Positions 1-13,168 of a stretch of 64,000 bases of DNA are shown here, one piece after another (the stretch's first letter is position 1; each line of letters begins with the position of its first letter). The notes under the pieces are model-generated. The model searched no databases. It worked only from the letters and a program-made list of their open reading frames with translations, and was not told the DNA's origin. Position numbers and translations under genes: made by a program. The DNA is from Paramecium tetraurelia. Lineage: Eukaryota. The stretch spans positions 62,001 to 126,000 of the forward strand of contig CT868563.1 in assembly GCA_000165425.1 (NCBI GenBank). The letters run 5' to 3'.

Positions 1-290
1 AATCGCAATATTCAAAAGTGTGCAACGATGACAACAAATAAAATCTATTAAAAATAAATGTAGTTGAGGATAATGTAATGATTTCAATTTATCCTAGCTT
101 GACGACTACATTTTTTTTGATTGGAAGAACACAAACTTTTAGTTAACTAGCATCAATGAATAAAATTTATTGAAGAAAGCAAGTTCTATTAGACCTACAT
201 CGAAACAAGTCAAAAAAAACTATTGATCTTCATAGAATATTTATACAGTTTAACTAAAACATTAATATCACACCCCATCATTTTGAAATA
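1..290 (+). CDS. Possible 3' end (partial, perhaps decayed) of a paralog of the 819..2362 membrane-protein family
   Basis: Frame 3 gives LLKINVVEDNVMISIYPSLTTTFF, weakly resembling KIKIDCCEQIRFVTIKPTLILFLF of the next gene; the end point is uncertain. Confidence 0.3.
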
Positions 291-818
291 GAGTAATTAA
301 ATTCACAATTTCTTTTTTATTTGATGATAGTTTTTGAGGTTTTTAAAAATTTCAACTTATTATCTCAAAACATTAAAAATACTTTTGATATCTAAAATTC
401 TAGGCATTATGGATGGCTAAGATTTCATTACCAGAATATTAAAATTAATTATGTTAAATTCTTCAATTTAAAAATCTAAAAATTTCCATTAATTTTTACC
501 AAAATAGTTTTAAAAAATGGTGTGTAATTTCCTTTTACTTTTCAAAATCAAAGTGTCTTAATTATGGTTTTCTCCCTCAAAAGATAATATGAATCATTTA
601 TTATAATTTTATTAATTTAAACCAACTAAGATTCTAAAGAGTTAAATTAAAACTGTAAATAAAGATATATTTTCAATTTAAATTTTAATATAGACTATTT
701 TTAAAGTAATCAGTAGAAGTAATTTACATTGAATGATCCTCAGAAAAGGAATAAATTAAACTTAATACTAATTTTATAATAAATTTAAGGTTCAATTTGT
801 TAATTATATATTTATCAG

Positions 819-2362
819 ATGAATAAATATGGCACTCGATTTAAAGATCGACTTTTAGAAAAATAATATTTAATCCATAAAGTTAAGGTTATATAGTTTC
901 CTGTACTAACATATTTGACTATTGGCGGCTGTATATTATTACTTGCAAATACAATTGTGAATCTGGTAGATGTCAATTACACAAATGCATTAATTACAGG
1001 AGGCGTTATGACATATTTATTATTCCAATATATGGTTTTGAGAAAATATGAAGCACTTAAATTGAGCTATTGCAATTTGGCATTAATGATGACAAATTTC
1101 GCTTCATTGGTTTTTGAAATCATAATCTATCCATCCTATGATTATTACGATGGTTATTTACTTGGATCTAATCAAATGCTGGTGCATACAATTCTGATGT
1201 TTGCTTGTAATTTGGAATTAGGTATCTTTAGCAATATGGTATTAACAATTGTAAGAGTTGTCATAGTTGTTGAAGATTCGGACAACCTTTCTGCCTAATA
1301 ATACTTTTATTCCATTATTGTGACATTGAGTTTCATGGTCATTTAATATCAAATTGAAAAACAATATCGACAATCATTTCTTCTACAATTCAAAGACAAC
1401 AGTTGGGGTATTAATAATTATAAATAATCAAATAGAGATCCTAGTTCCACTACTGCTGAAAAAGCCATTTTTCATTTTCACTTTCAATCGTGATACTTAT
1501 ATGTATGAAACCATAATGAGTTCCTAAAAGGAATTCTTTAACTCCGAAAAACCTCTTAGTACTTTCTTGTTTAAATCAAGAGTAAAATAGCAGACGCTCG
1601 AGCAATATTTAATTAAAAAAACTATTACAACGGAACATAAGAAGTAATCCTCATGTTTATTTAACAATCAGATGGATATTGAATATTAGATGAAGAAACT
1701 GAAGGTTTCTATAGTGTGTTGTAAGTTTGAACAGTTGATTTACACTATTACTATAGACTCAGAAGATCCACTCATAAATCAAACCAATATTAAATTAAAC
1801 TAAGCTTTATAAAATTGTAGAACCTTACTTAATACTTAGATTTTGCAAATCAATAAAGTTCTAGGTGTTTATTTATAAGATACCTTTAGCCCTTTACTAA
1901 GGGATCTTAGAATATCCCTTTATGAAGTATATTATAAATAATTATCAAATCAAAAATTATAATTAGTAAAAATGAAAAAATTATTACTCAAATGTTCAAA
2001 AATATTCGAAAATCCTACTACTAAAATAAAGATTGATTGCTGTGAATAAATTCGATTTGTTACTATAAAACCCACTTTAATCTTATTTCTATTTGAATTA
2101 TTTAAATTGGTTGAGAAGAATTAACAAGTATAGATATGCATAAATCAAAAAAATACTACGACTATGTTTATCTATGGTTTAAAGCAGATTCCCAAAACTG
2201 AACAATTTAAGGAATGCTAATAAACCCTAATAGATAGCACTCATTTTGAGACTTAATGTAATATTTTCTTACGAAAACTTAGATTTTTCATTTGAATTTT
2301 AAAAGTCTCCATCTTCTCATTTTAATTTTGAGAATTAGCATAAATACTAACAATTGGATTGA
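819..2362 (+). CDS. Multi-pass membrane protein with cytoplasmic C-terminal domain (ciliate sensor-like family)
   Basis: MNKYGTRFKDRLLEKQYLIHK..., about 6 hydrophobic segments, short introns near 1408 and 2258, TGA at 2360; paralog at 13169. Confidence 0.75.
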
Positions 2363-2613
2363 TTAATTTAATATTATCTATAATTATATATATATACTGA
2401 GACTCCTTATTAGCCAGAGGTATGATCAAGATATTTTTGTTGTACGAAGATTTAATGACATAATGTAGAAATTCGAAATTCAAAATTTAAAGAATATAAG
2501 ATTAAACTATCAGCTGTAGATTGTAAAAAAAGGGAAAGATATATTTCAGTATTAATTCAAATACTCAACTAATATAAATTAACTAAAATAATATTAAATA
2601 AAATATTAAAATA

Positions 2614-3098
2614 ATGTAATACTCAAACACTTACGAGTCAGTTGTTAAGACTTAGGTAGTTAGTGGATAGGATCAAAAACCACTAAATTTAGGATTGACT
2701 GATGTTGAAGGAGCCAAGGTTAGTTTGTCAATATAGAATATAGGCTGTTGCAAGAAGACTGTTTGATACTTACGATAGAGATAGGAATGGATAAATTGAT
2801 AATGTTGAAGTAGTTCCAATGATTGTGGATGTCTATAAATCATTTAATCGAATTTTCTCACCAGCCAGAGGAGATATTGACTCTTTTTATAAGTTGAAAA
2901 TGATTGATATATTTTTATAGAGTGTTAGATAGAAATCAAGATGGAAAGATAACCTATTAAGATCTTGAAGATTTATGCATCAGATATCTAACTAACTAAA
3001 CACCAACAAATATTAGAGCATCTGAGGGTCCTCGTTAAAGTGGTATCCAATAGACATCACAAACAGTCACTTCACAATACAGAAGAACCTAATTTTGA
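2614..3098 (+). CDS. Small EF-hand Ca2+-binding protein
   Basis: Loops DRDRNGQIDNVE and DRNQDGKITYQD; two short introns. Confidence 0.85.
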
Positions 3099-3146
3099 TT
3101 GTGATTGGTATATAAAAACGAATTGCCAAAATAATAAAATTCATTC

Positions 3147-5133
3147 TCAATACTATCTGCTTGTAATACTACCAAAAACCAATTGGATATGGGGTTCATC
3201 TTGGATATCAACTCTTTCAGTATTATTTTTCATGAATATTTGAGACGATTAAAGATTTTAGCATAGCATTTCCAATTAATTGGAGTATATTCTAGAAAAC
3301 AATCGTTTAATGTCATCATCCATAAATTATAGTATGGCCTCATCAGTTTAAGTGAGTTCTTGCTTTTTAATTAATTTTGAATAGGCCTCATAAGCATCAT
3401 CCAATCTGAGTACATCTGGTTTTTCATTTTCCAAAATGAATTTATATTCTTGCTTTTATTCTAATTCCTTTATTTTTTTTTCGAAATTATCATCAAACAT
3501 ATCATAAGGTATCATAGGTTTTGGTATATAATTAAATAGAGCCAATTGATCTTTGTTTAATAAGATATGTTTCAACTTATCCAATTCATTGAATTTTGTG
3601 ATCAACTAACAAATATCTAATTTATTAATTATTTTATTCATAGCATATTTTAATTGTCGTTATTTGTCCTTTTTGAAACCCAATAAGAATTTGAGATTGT
3701 CAATTAGAGTAAAATTTAACGAAGACTTTTTTTTTCTTAAGAATTTTTTGATTTCCTATTAAGTTTTTGAGAATTCAGCAAAAGACTTTCTAATTTAAAT
3801 GTTTTCTGATTTCTGAACATCCCCAGGGTAATCTTTGACATCGCTTTTATTTAATTGATTTCCAATCGGAACCGATTTGGCCACTGACAATATATCTAGA
3901 TCAAGGGATTCCTTGCTTTCAAATCTAAAGATTTTGTTGGCCATAGCTAGATTCATTGAAGAGAACAAGACAGGATAGAATAGACAATTGAAAAAAATGA
4001 TCGTGATTTACCACAGACCTCCAATTTATCCCAACAGAGTGTAGAGTTTAAGATAACTCCTTTGATATTGATTTCTTCTCTGTTCTAAGAAGATAGAATT
4101 TTGGACCAGATATTACTGATTATAAGGTACATTGTCCTCTTTGATGGTGGATTGCATAATGGCAGTATCCAAAAGATTGTCAGTCTGCAAAATACCATAA
4201 TCGGTAGTAGTTTCAGTGACTTTGAAGGTGGAATGTATGGACTTTGAGTTGGTTAAGGAAAATGGGGAATATTAAATGGAGATGACATCTTCATATGGTT
4301 TAGAGGGAGAGTGCATTTGGATTAAGGTGTCGCTTAAATACATGACCTAAGAGTATGATTTGGATGTACTTACAAAAAAGCCTGTTTACATCTAGCTGTT
4401 GATTTCTTCCAAAGGAGCACAGCCTTAATAATTGGTAGTATTTTTGCATATGCTAAAAGTTACTGTCAAAAATTAAAATCGATCTTCCTGACTATATCCT
4501 TGGAGTTGCTACAACCATACTATTAATTGATACCAAAGGGTATTATTGCCAATAGTCGATGGATGGACAATACATATATTGAAGTTTAAATTTTTGAAAA
4601 TAGTCCTGCTGATATTGTGATGAAAAGTGCTTTTCCATTTGACATGGCTCTAATGGTATATTGGAGCAGCTGATTAATACTTTAGGGATCATACTTATAA
4701 TCTATTTGGGAAACTCCTTCTGCATTTAAATAACGATTTCTTAGACAATTTTGTACATTCAAAGTGAAATATTTGTTTAACGTTTGCAACGAACTTAATT
4801 GTGGATTTGCGATTGTCAACACAAATGTAAAATTATTATTCCCAAAGTACAAGGGCTAAATACATTATTGATTCATACAGACGTGTTTGATGGTTGAAGT
4901 TCTGAGAATACTACCCGAGGGTTATCTCGATTTGACAAATCTAATAATTCATGGGCGATGTAATATAAATAAGCGAAGCAAATTAATATGGTTAGAATTT
5001 AGCCTAAGGGAGTAGAGAACTTTTGCCTCTTCAAAATTCTAAATTGAGGAAGGATTCCAAAAAAATCGAAGCGCTCTATTACTTATGTGGTTAGATGTTT
5101 TGTGCAAGTTTAAGGTTTTTGAAATTTAAGCAT
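3147..5133 (-). CDS. Two-TM protein with large extracellular loop (expanded ciliate family)
   Basis: MLKFQKP..DFFGILPQF..STPLGQILTILICFAYLYYI (TM1); Cys-containing loop; RSYLKLYTLLGQIGGLWQITIIFF (TM2); introns near 4510 and 4690. Confidence 0.8.
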
Positions 5134-5546
5134 AAAAAGTTATATAAAATCTTAATTATTGAAAAACAAATGTTTAATTGAGCATCATGAAATCCACTTA
5201 AGATGATGAATTAAACAATCAGAAATTAAAAAGGATTTATTACTCAGCAAGTGTAGAATTTCAACATTATTTAAAATAATTTGGTGAACTTAACAAATGT
5301 CAAAGTGCAAACCTTTACCCTTACTTACAAGTAAGCACCATAAAAATAATTATCATGTTTTTAATTTATTTGGATAATCTGTTGATTATTTGAATCTTTT
5401 TATTATAACAGTATATCCAAGATAAATGCTCTACGAAGTTGGCAATTCTACAAGAATGAAGATGTAATGAGATTGCTTTGGACTTGTGATATTAATTATT
5501 GAATATAAAAAATGAATTCGTTTTTGAAAAATTAAATAATAAAATT

Positions 5547-6630
5547 ATGAAATCAACATTGACTGTGCTCTTGGTTGTTTTAGTGTCTGTCTAGGGTTTC
5601 TAGATTGATATGTTCAGCAAACATCATATCCCCAACAGAAACATCATGGAAATTATGATGTAAATCGAATCCAAACTAGCTGCAGGAGGTCCCTTCGACA
5701 CAATCAACACAATGTTGTAAGACTTCAGAACTTCAGTCACATCAGAATAAATTGCTCATGATGACTTGTATGCCAGATAAAAGAATGAATGCGATTCTGA
5801 ATCAGCTTTCAGAAAGGGATAAATTCAAGATGCCAGCAAGATCTTGAGTGCCTCAACCAACCAATTGAACTTATGCTCATTCTAAAGATAAAAGGCAAAG
5901 GCTGAATTCGGTATGACAGAAGACCAACTCACCATGAACTAATAACACTTGTCATTGATCCAAGAAGTCAGAAAGACAGAATAAGAGAACTTCAACAAGA
6001 TGGCCGTCATCTTCTAAGATGCATTGAGAGTTATCGATGAATCAGTTTATTTGGCCAAGAAATTCAGCGTTGGTGATGCCAGTTTGATCGAATTAGCTGA
6101 TGCCACAGGTCAAATGATGTAACACTCAGTTAGTTTGAAGAGAACAGGATCATATGCTGCAGTTTTGGCTTCATTGGCCAGAATTTCTTTGGCTGAATAA
6201 GTTAGCTCAGCTGATGTTGAGAGATTGATCCAATTATTGTAAACTTTGAGGTACTCTATCCATAAATATATTTAGAAACAACATCGAAGATGCATACAAT
6301 CAATTCACAGCTGAAAACAATTAAGCTATTGTCTTATACAACAACTAAAAGGAAAGAATTGATAAGAACATCGTCAGACTAGAGAAATCCAAGACCAGAC
6401 TTGAGGATTAAATCACCGATTTGAATGGATGTGTTGCAACTTAAACTGCCATCTCCTAAGCTGCTAGCAACAAGAAGTAAAGAAACCAAAAATTGTTGGA
6501 TGATGCCACTGCTCTTTGCACTACCTTCAACAGTGAATATGAGAATGCCTCAGCTGCCAGAAGATAAGAATTAGTCCTCTTGTCTTAAGTCGAAAGATTG
6601 GTAGAAAAAAGATAAAATGAAATTAAATGA
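5547..6630 (+). CDS. Trichocyst matrix protein precursor (TMP/GRL family)
   Basis: Signal peptide MKSTLTVLLVVLVSVQG, IESKLAAGGPFDTI motif, coiled-coil heptads with sparse Cys, biased codon usage, one short intron near 6252. Confidence 0.85.
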
Positions 6631-6653
6631 TGAAAAATTATCATCAATAATAA

Positions 6654-7175
6654 TCATGTTTAATAAATTATTGCATCGTAAGAGGGACATTGACTCATGG
6701 ACCGTGTAATACTTTGTGATTGTCTCTGCTTTAACCGATCTCTAAACTACAGATTCTATTGATGTATATTCTCTCTAATTATTGCATCCTTTTGAACTGT
6801 ATTGGCATGATGGGATTCAAGCAAAGTGTTGAGTTGTTAATTTTGTGTCTCTTGATTAAGTTGAGATTGGAAATTAATTTTGTGGATTGTTTGTTTAGAT
6901 CTAATTGAAGTATTGAGAATTTCTGGATCCAATTTGGATATAGAAACTCTTGTTGTTGCAGCTCGATTAGAATTTCTGGTGATATGTTCGATTGTGTGAT
7001 CTTGCGATAGTGTGTATTGGATCTTTTCTAAAAAATAGTATTTGATGGGGTCTTGGTGTTAGTCATAAAATTCGACGCATTTGGAATACATGGCTATTAG
7101 GGTGTCAATTGTTGAAATGGAATTCTTAGATTCAATACGTGCGATTTGTGTAAAGAATTCTCTAGAGAGATTCAT
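6654..7175 (-). CDS. Hypothetical protein (~173 aa)
   Basis: Open ciliate-code frame MNLSREFFTQIARIESK..MYSKCVEFYDQHQDPIKYYFLEKIQ..; TGA at 6654. Confidence 0.7.
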
Positions 7176-7183
7176 TTTAATTA

Positions 7184-8707
7184 ATGCAATTAAAACAATT
7201 AGGCAGGAGCAAAATGTGCTACCTGCAAGAGCATCAAGAATTCGATATGCGCATCAAGTATTTGTGCATAGACAGCCAATGCACTCTTCAATTCAGAGCT
7301 TTGTGTACAGATTGTTATAATAAGTTGCATTAAGGACATCGCGTAATTGATTTGATTGAAGCTGAACGATTGGCGTATCAGCAACACCAAGAAAATTTAG
7401 CTTAATTCAAAACACACATCACTAAACTCAATGAGATTCTTCAACACAGTATAAAGACCATCAAGGCACATATTAAAAGATTGCAGGCACAATTCAATAT
7501 TCTCATCGAATAAGAGTTGGAGAAATTGCATTAACATCGTCTCAAATCTCCTGTCGATCTCAACGACTTTGCTTAACAACTCCTACAGAATCAGAGTATA
7601 GTAACTACTACTTCTATGTAAATTTTAACCAAAGGAGTCAAATAGTTGTTGTTAAAATCTTATTTTTTAACTTCAGACATTACAGTTTTTTCATTCAAAG
7701 ATTATATCACTCTATCAGATGAATCATTAGTTTAAATCAAAAGGTTTGATCTCGTACAAAAAGTACTTTTAGATTAAATTACATTTACAACTAATTCAAC
7801 TGAAGCACTTTAAATATTCAATAGTCATCCTAAGAAAATCAAATGTTCAGGACTTGTTCACATTTATTCTCTTGATATTAAATAAGATGGCACTTTAATT
7901 GCTATTGGAGGACATCCTGATACTCTCCTCTTAATAGATCCAATCTCAGAACTTATTGTTAAAACCTTTAAAACCTCATTCCTAGAAATCTTTGCTGTCA
8001 AATTCTCTTCTGATGGACTCAGATTAGCTGCAGCTGGTTCATGTCCATATGAAGTCTATGTTTGGAGTTGCAATGATTTCGAACAAAGTCCAATCATCTT
8101 AAAAGCTTAGCATCTTAATTAAATCAACAGATTGCAATTCATCTCTAAATACCTATATACAGCCAGTGATGATTACAAACTAAGAGTCTGGAAACTTAAA
8201 AAGAATGGAATCAAGAATTACAAAGAATACATAGGGCATTGGGACAGCGTTTATGGTTTAGCTGTCAACAACAAACACGTTGCATCTACAGGTAAGGATA
8301 AGACTTTGATTGTATGGTTCAAAGGCAAGATCCTCAAATAATGGATGGCTCATGATAATGAATATGGGGGATATGCTGTTGAATATTCTCTAGACGGGAA
8401 GTTACTCATTTCTACTGGTTATGACAAAATTATAAAATTGTGGAACACTGAGAATGATTATAAATTGATCAAGCAATTTTCATCTCACGACTAACCGATA
8501 TGGACCCTAGGTCTCCTATCCAATACAGGATTGCTTGCAACAGCTAGTTGGGATAATACAATCAAAATTTGGGATATATAAAGTGGAAAATGTGTATACA
8601 CTTTAGAGAATCATTTTCATTCATCACCATGTATTAATATCAAGTTATACCCTTTACAATTTCTAGCCACCAATGAGGATGGCATCATTTTAATATGGAA
8701 TCTGTGA
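7184..8707 (+). CDS. WD40-repeat protein with N-terminal B-box-like Cys/His region
   Basis: CIDSQC..LCTDCYNKLHQGH; repeats TASDDYKLRVW, GHWDSVYGL, STGYDKIIKLW, TASWDNTIKIWD. Confidence 0.85.
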
Positions 8708-8942
8708 TAACTCATGAATTTAATAACTATTATTATAATTAGAAAATATATATACTTCCATTTACACATATTAGTAAATTAAAAATTAGGATCAATTTTT
8801 AATTATTTTATAGTGAATTATTATTCTGAATATTATTGACTAGCATTTTAAGAACTCAAGTCTCCGAAATCCTCGATCTATGTTTGCTTAAGTTCCCCTT
8901 CAAAATATCGAAAATTTCTTTTTTATAATAATCTTATTTTTT

Positions 8943-10004
8943 ATGATTAATGAATAAACTATATAAGATATGGTACCATACAAATGGCCCGAAGACTAGG
9001 ATGATCGACTTCAATTTAGTATGGATCTTAAAATGGAATTTGAAAATTTCATTATTTCATGCCCTAAACTGAAGAATTAAGTATTATAGACTATGTAGAA
9101 AATTTCAGAAGAAGCCCCCTATTTGGATTTAATTGAGTTATTCACAATAGATAAGGAGAAAACTCATAAATTATACAAGGTTCTCTCCTCTCTACAACTC
9201 AACAACAATACCTTGATTGATTTCAAATAACCAGTTTCAAATAAAACTCTTTAAAAATTGATATCAGACTCCTATAGGTTGTTTAATCGAAGCATCTTAG
9301 ACTACCAATGCAAACTTATATTTTATGCTAAGTACTACAAAACCTCCATCTCTATATTCAAGAAATCCATCAATCAAACATATATAGACTACAACACTTT
9401 AAATTTTGTTTGTTCTTGTGCCACTAAATAATGTCTTACTTTAACTAGACTATGGAAAGATTATGATGATGCTGGTGAAAAATATAAGAAATTACTAGTT
9501 TCCCTGTAGAAATTGGAAGTAATGCAAAAACCTGACGATCTTACTCACTATTTCAATCGACAATAACTCATACTTATATATACACTTTTTAGTCTAATGT
9601 AATGTGAGCAGACTATAGCTATCCAATTAGGTGAGGAGTATTTACCTTTTCAATGCTCACCTATTGATCCTCACTTCGAAGAGTAAACAGAAGATTTTAC
9701 CTGGAATATAAATGGATTTTCTTAAATCAGAGATTATTTTCCTAAGTTGGCACATAAGCTAAATAAAAAAATGAAGCATCTAAAGGACCTTCCACTATTC
9801 ACTATTCAAGAACGAATTAAAATCTATTAGTTTACTTAACATTAATTAGGATATAAAAAAATTGATGATATTCATGTTGATGTAAATTTATAACAACAAA
9901 TTATTGATATCCTAAATTATAGATAAGCTAACTGTGAAATAGAATTGGTTCTACTAGTTGCAAATGCAAAGTGTTATACATAAATACTTTATTCATTGAT
10001 TTGA
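8943..10004 (+). CDS. Hypothetical protein
   Basis: Long open ciliate-code frame MINEQTIQDMVPYKWPEDQDDRL... Confidence 0.6.
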
Positions 10005-10410
10005 TTATAAATTTAGTTTCAATTTTATATTAATTATCATGTTAATGCATTTAATTTGATAGCAAACTCTAATTTATTGATATATCTTGAATATTATTCT
10101 CACTAGATTAAAATGATTAATAAAATGGGTTTGAAACTTAGTAATGGTTTTATAATCACCCACCTACCTACTTTGTAAAATTTTTCTTAATTATTTTTGA
10201 AAATTATAATTCAAGTATAACATAAGTAATTTCTAAAAAGAAAAACTAGAAAGTTATATTCTAAACATATTTTGCAATTCGGAAAAGTTATTGATAGTAT
10301 AAGGATAATTATAAAATTAAATAAAATAATGAAAGAAATATCTCTTCCATTATTAAAAAACCTTTTATCAGAATTCTAACAAAATATCAGATTTATTTAT
10401 ATTTTAGTGA

Positions 10411-11937
10411 ATGAGTGACTTCGAAAGAGATCTTGGTCCAATTCAAGAGTAAAGTGATGATCAATTATTGAAACTAATCCCTGAATCTTTACCTGATGAA
10501 ATTAAGTAAGCACTTAAGTCTTGTGCGGACAATTTATCTAAACAAGAATCAGAGTCAGAAAAGTTTGAAGAATATATTTATAATGTTAATTCAGATGATA
10601 TCGTTACCTAATACAGCGGATTAAATCGATGTCGAAAACTGTTGAGTAATGCTCAAATAGCAGTTCCAACTGAATAAATGATTGAGATGTTTCTTCAAAA
10701 AAGAGTTCATGTGAAAATCTTTGACATCGCTAAAAATACAAATATTCCATTGGTAAAGTATGAGGCTCTTTGGATTATTTGTAATATTGTATTTGGAACT
10801 TAGAAATAGATATAGACAATTCTAGATAATGATGGAATTAATATTCTGTTTTCGGCACTTGAATCAGAACATGATGAAATTATAGAATTGGGAGTTTGGG
10901 GATTGGCAAACATAGCAGGAGATAACTTGAAGTTCAGAGATATGCTATTATAGAATGGAGTTCTATAACCCTTTATTCATTTAGCTCAGATATACAAAGG
11001 CAGGTAAAATGGGAATAAGAATCCTAATATCTTGAAAAAATTAGTCTGGGCCTTTTCTAATTTAGTCAGAGGGAAGTCAGCTCCGAAGAAAATAGTAATT
11101 ATGATATTAAAGAATTAGTTTTGTATAGATTTGCTGTCAATTCTTTGTTAAATTTTAGTAGGAACAGAGGATGAGGAGATGTTAATTGATGCTTGCTGGA
11201 GCTTGAGTTACTTAAGTTAAGATGAAAATCTTATTCACATTTTAATTAAAGAGAGAGTTACTCAAAAATTAATTCTACTAATGCAAACAGAAAACCAAAA
11301 ACTTGTGATTCCAGCCTTAAGAACCGTAGGAAACATCTTAACTGGCAATGAAGAGTAAACAGATGCAGTCTTAAAACTTGGAGCCATTTAAATCTTTGAG
11401 AAATTGCTTCATAATAAAACTAAGGCTATCTAAAAAGAAGTAACATAAAGTCTATAGTTAGGTTTGTTGGTCTCTATCCAACATTGCTGCTGGTAATTCA
11501 AATTAAGTAAAATAAATTATTCGAAATGATTAACTTTTTAATTCTGTTTATCTTTCATTTGATAATGGAACTCCAGAGATTATAGAATAAATATCTTTCT
11601 TATTGTCAAATTGTGTTGTCAACGCAGAACTATAAGATATAGATTACCTCTTAATGTAGCATTAATACTTGTAAAAGATGTCATCCCTCTTAGATATGAA
11701 CTAAAAAGTAGTAATTAATGTTACTCTTGAAGGGATATTTGAGTTGTTAAATAGAGGTTTGATTTTAAATTAAGTTAAGTTCAATATGATGATGGAAGAT
11801 TAGAACAATATAAAAAGTTGATCGCAGATTCTTTAATTATGAAAAAGGTTGATAAATATTTAAAGCACCCTGCTAAAGAAATTTCGAAGAAAGCTCGTCA
11901 AGTCTTTGAAATTTTTTAATCCAAAAACAATTCTTGA
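10411..11937 (+). CDS. Importin-alpha-like ARM-repeat protein
   Basis: YEALWIICNIVFGT, VWGLANIAGD, VWAFSNLVRGK, DACWSLSYLS, PALRTVGNILTG, CWSLSNIAAG; several tiny introns. Confidence 0.9.
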
Positions 11938-13168
11938 AAGTATATGTTAAATAAATTAAATAAAAATAAGATTATATTGTTATTAAATTATGATATAAAA
12001 ATTAGCAACTTCATTATTAATTCTACTAACTTAATATTAACATCTAATGTTAGTAGAAATCTATAATTTGTTTTGTATTCAATTAAAAATATAATTTTAT
12101 AAAGAAACCTTAGAATCGTTTGAAATAATTGAATTCTGAAAATGCTTGAACTTAAAACAAATGATTAAGTTAAAATAATTCCGCCTATATATCAATTCAG
12201 CGTTTTTATTTGCAATACTTTCATATTTATAGTTTATATTCTACATTAAAATGCCCCAATGTATCTTGAAATGAAAAGAATCTAAAAAGGTAATTCAAAT
12301 AGCAGATTTGAATTCATTATTGAATCAAACTTTTTCATTGTAATTCTTCATCAATGATTATTTATTTTATTTCTACAAAAAAAAAATAAAAATTAATATT
12401 TCATTCTTAAATTATAATTTATTTCTTACCTTTTCAAAATGTTGTTTATTTATATTTTATTTTATCTAAGCGACATATTTTTATCAAATTTTAAACTTGA
12501 TACTTTTAAAATTCAATTTGTATTGCTTTACACTGATTTCATAAAAACATTAAATTTCCGATATCTTTTTGATTAATGATTATTTTGTGAAAGCAATTGA
12601 TTTGATGAATTCATATAATTAATAGCTAATCGAAAGTATTTCGATAATCTGTAACAATATTTGTCTAAAATAATTGGAATATTATAAGTATTATTTAAGA
12701 TACCCTTGAGTTGAAAAAAAAATTCTAAAAAACTTTATGAAATTTAGAAATTGCAATTTTGGCGTACACAAAACACCAATAATTATTTTAAGTAAGATAT
12801 CCCTTAAATTATACTCAATTACATTAGTGAATATACAAAAAATTCTTAAATATAATAAAAAATTTTTCAGGTTGTTATGTTTTAAAAATAATTCTAAGGC
12901 TCGGAAATATCAAAATTATTTAATAAGAATACTATTTGATAGAGAAAAGATGATAATTATCCAAAATATGTTAAATTATTATAAAATAAATAAATTAAAT
13001 ATTGTTAATTGATCTTCACAGTCTTAGCTATTGATTTAAAAAATAAAGTACAAATATATTTGTTTATGTAATTATATATCTCGAATTTCAATATCATTTT
13101 TGGGATATCTTTTGTTAATTATTTTTAACATTCGTATTCAAATAACTTAAAAACTATCATTAATTATA

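Noticed and set aside
11940..13168. Long AT-rich gap as a retained IES, transposon or snoRNA host
   Set aside because: No terminal inverted repeats, transposase traces or paired C/D boxes found; IES status cannot be judged without MAC/MIC comparison
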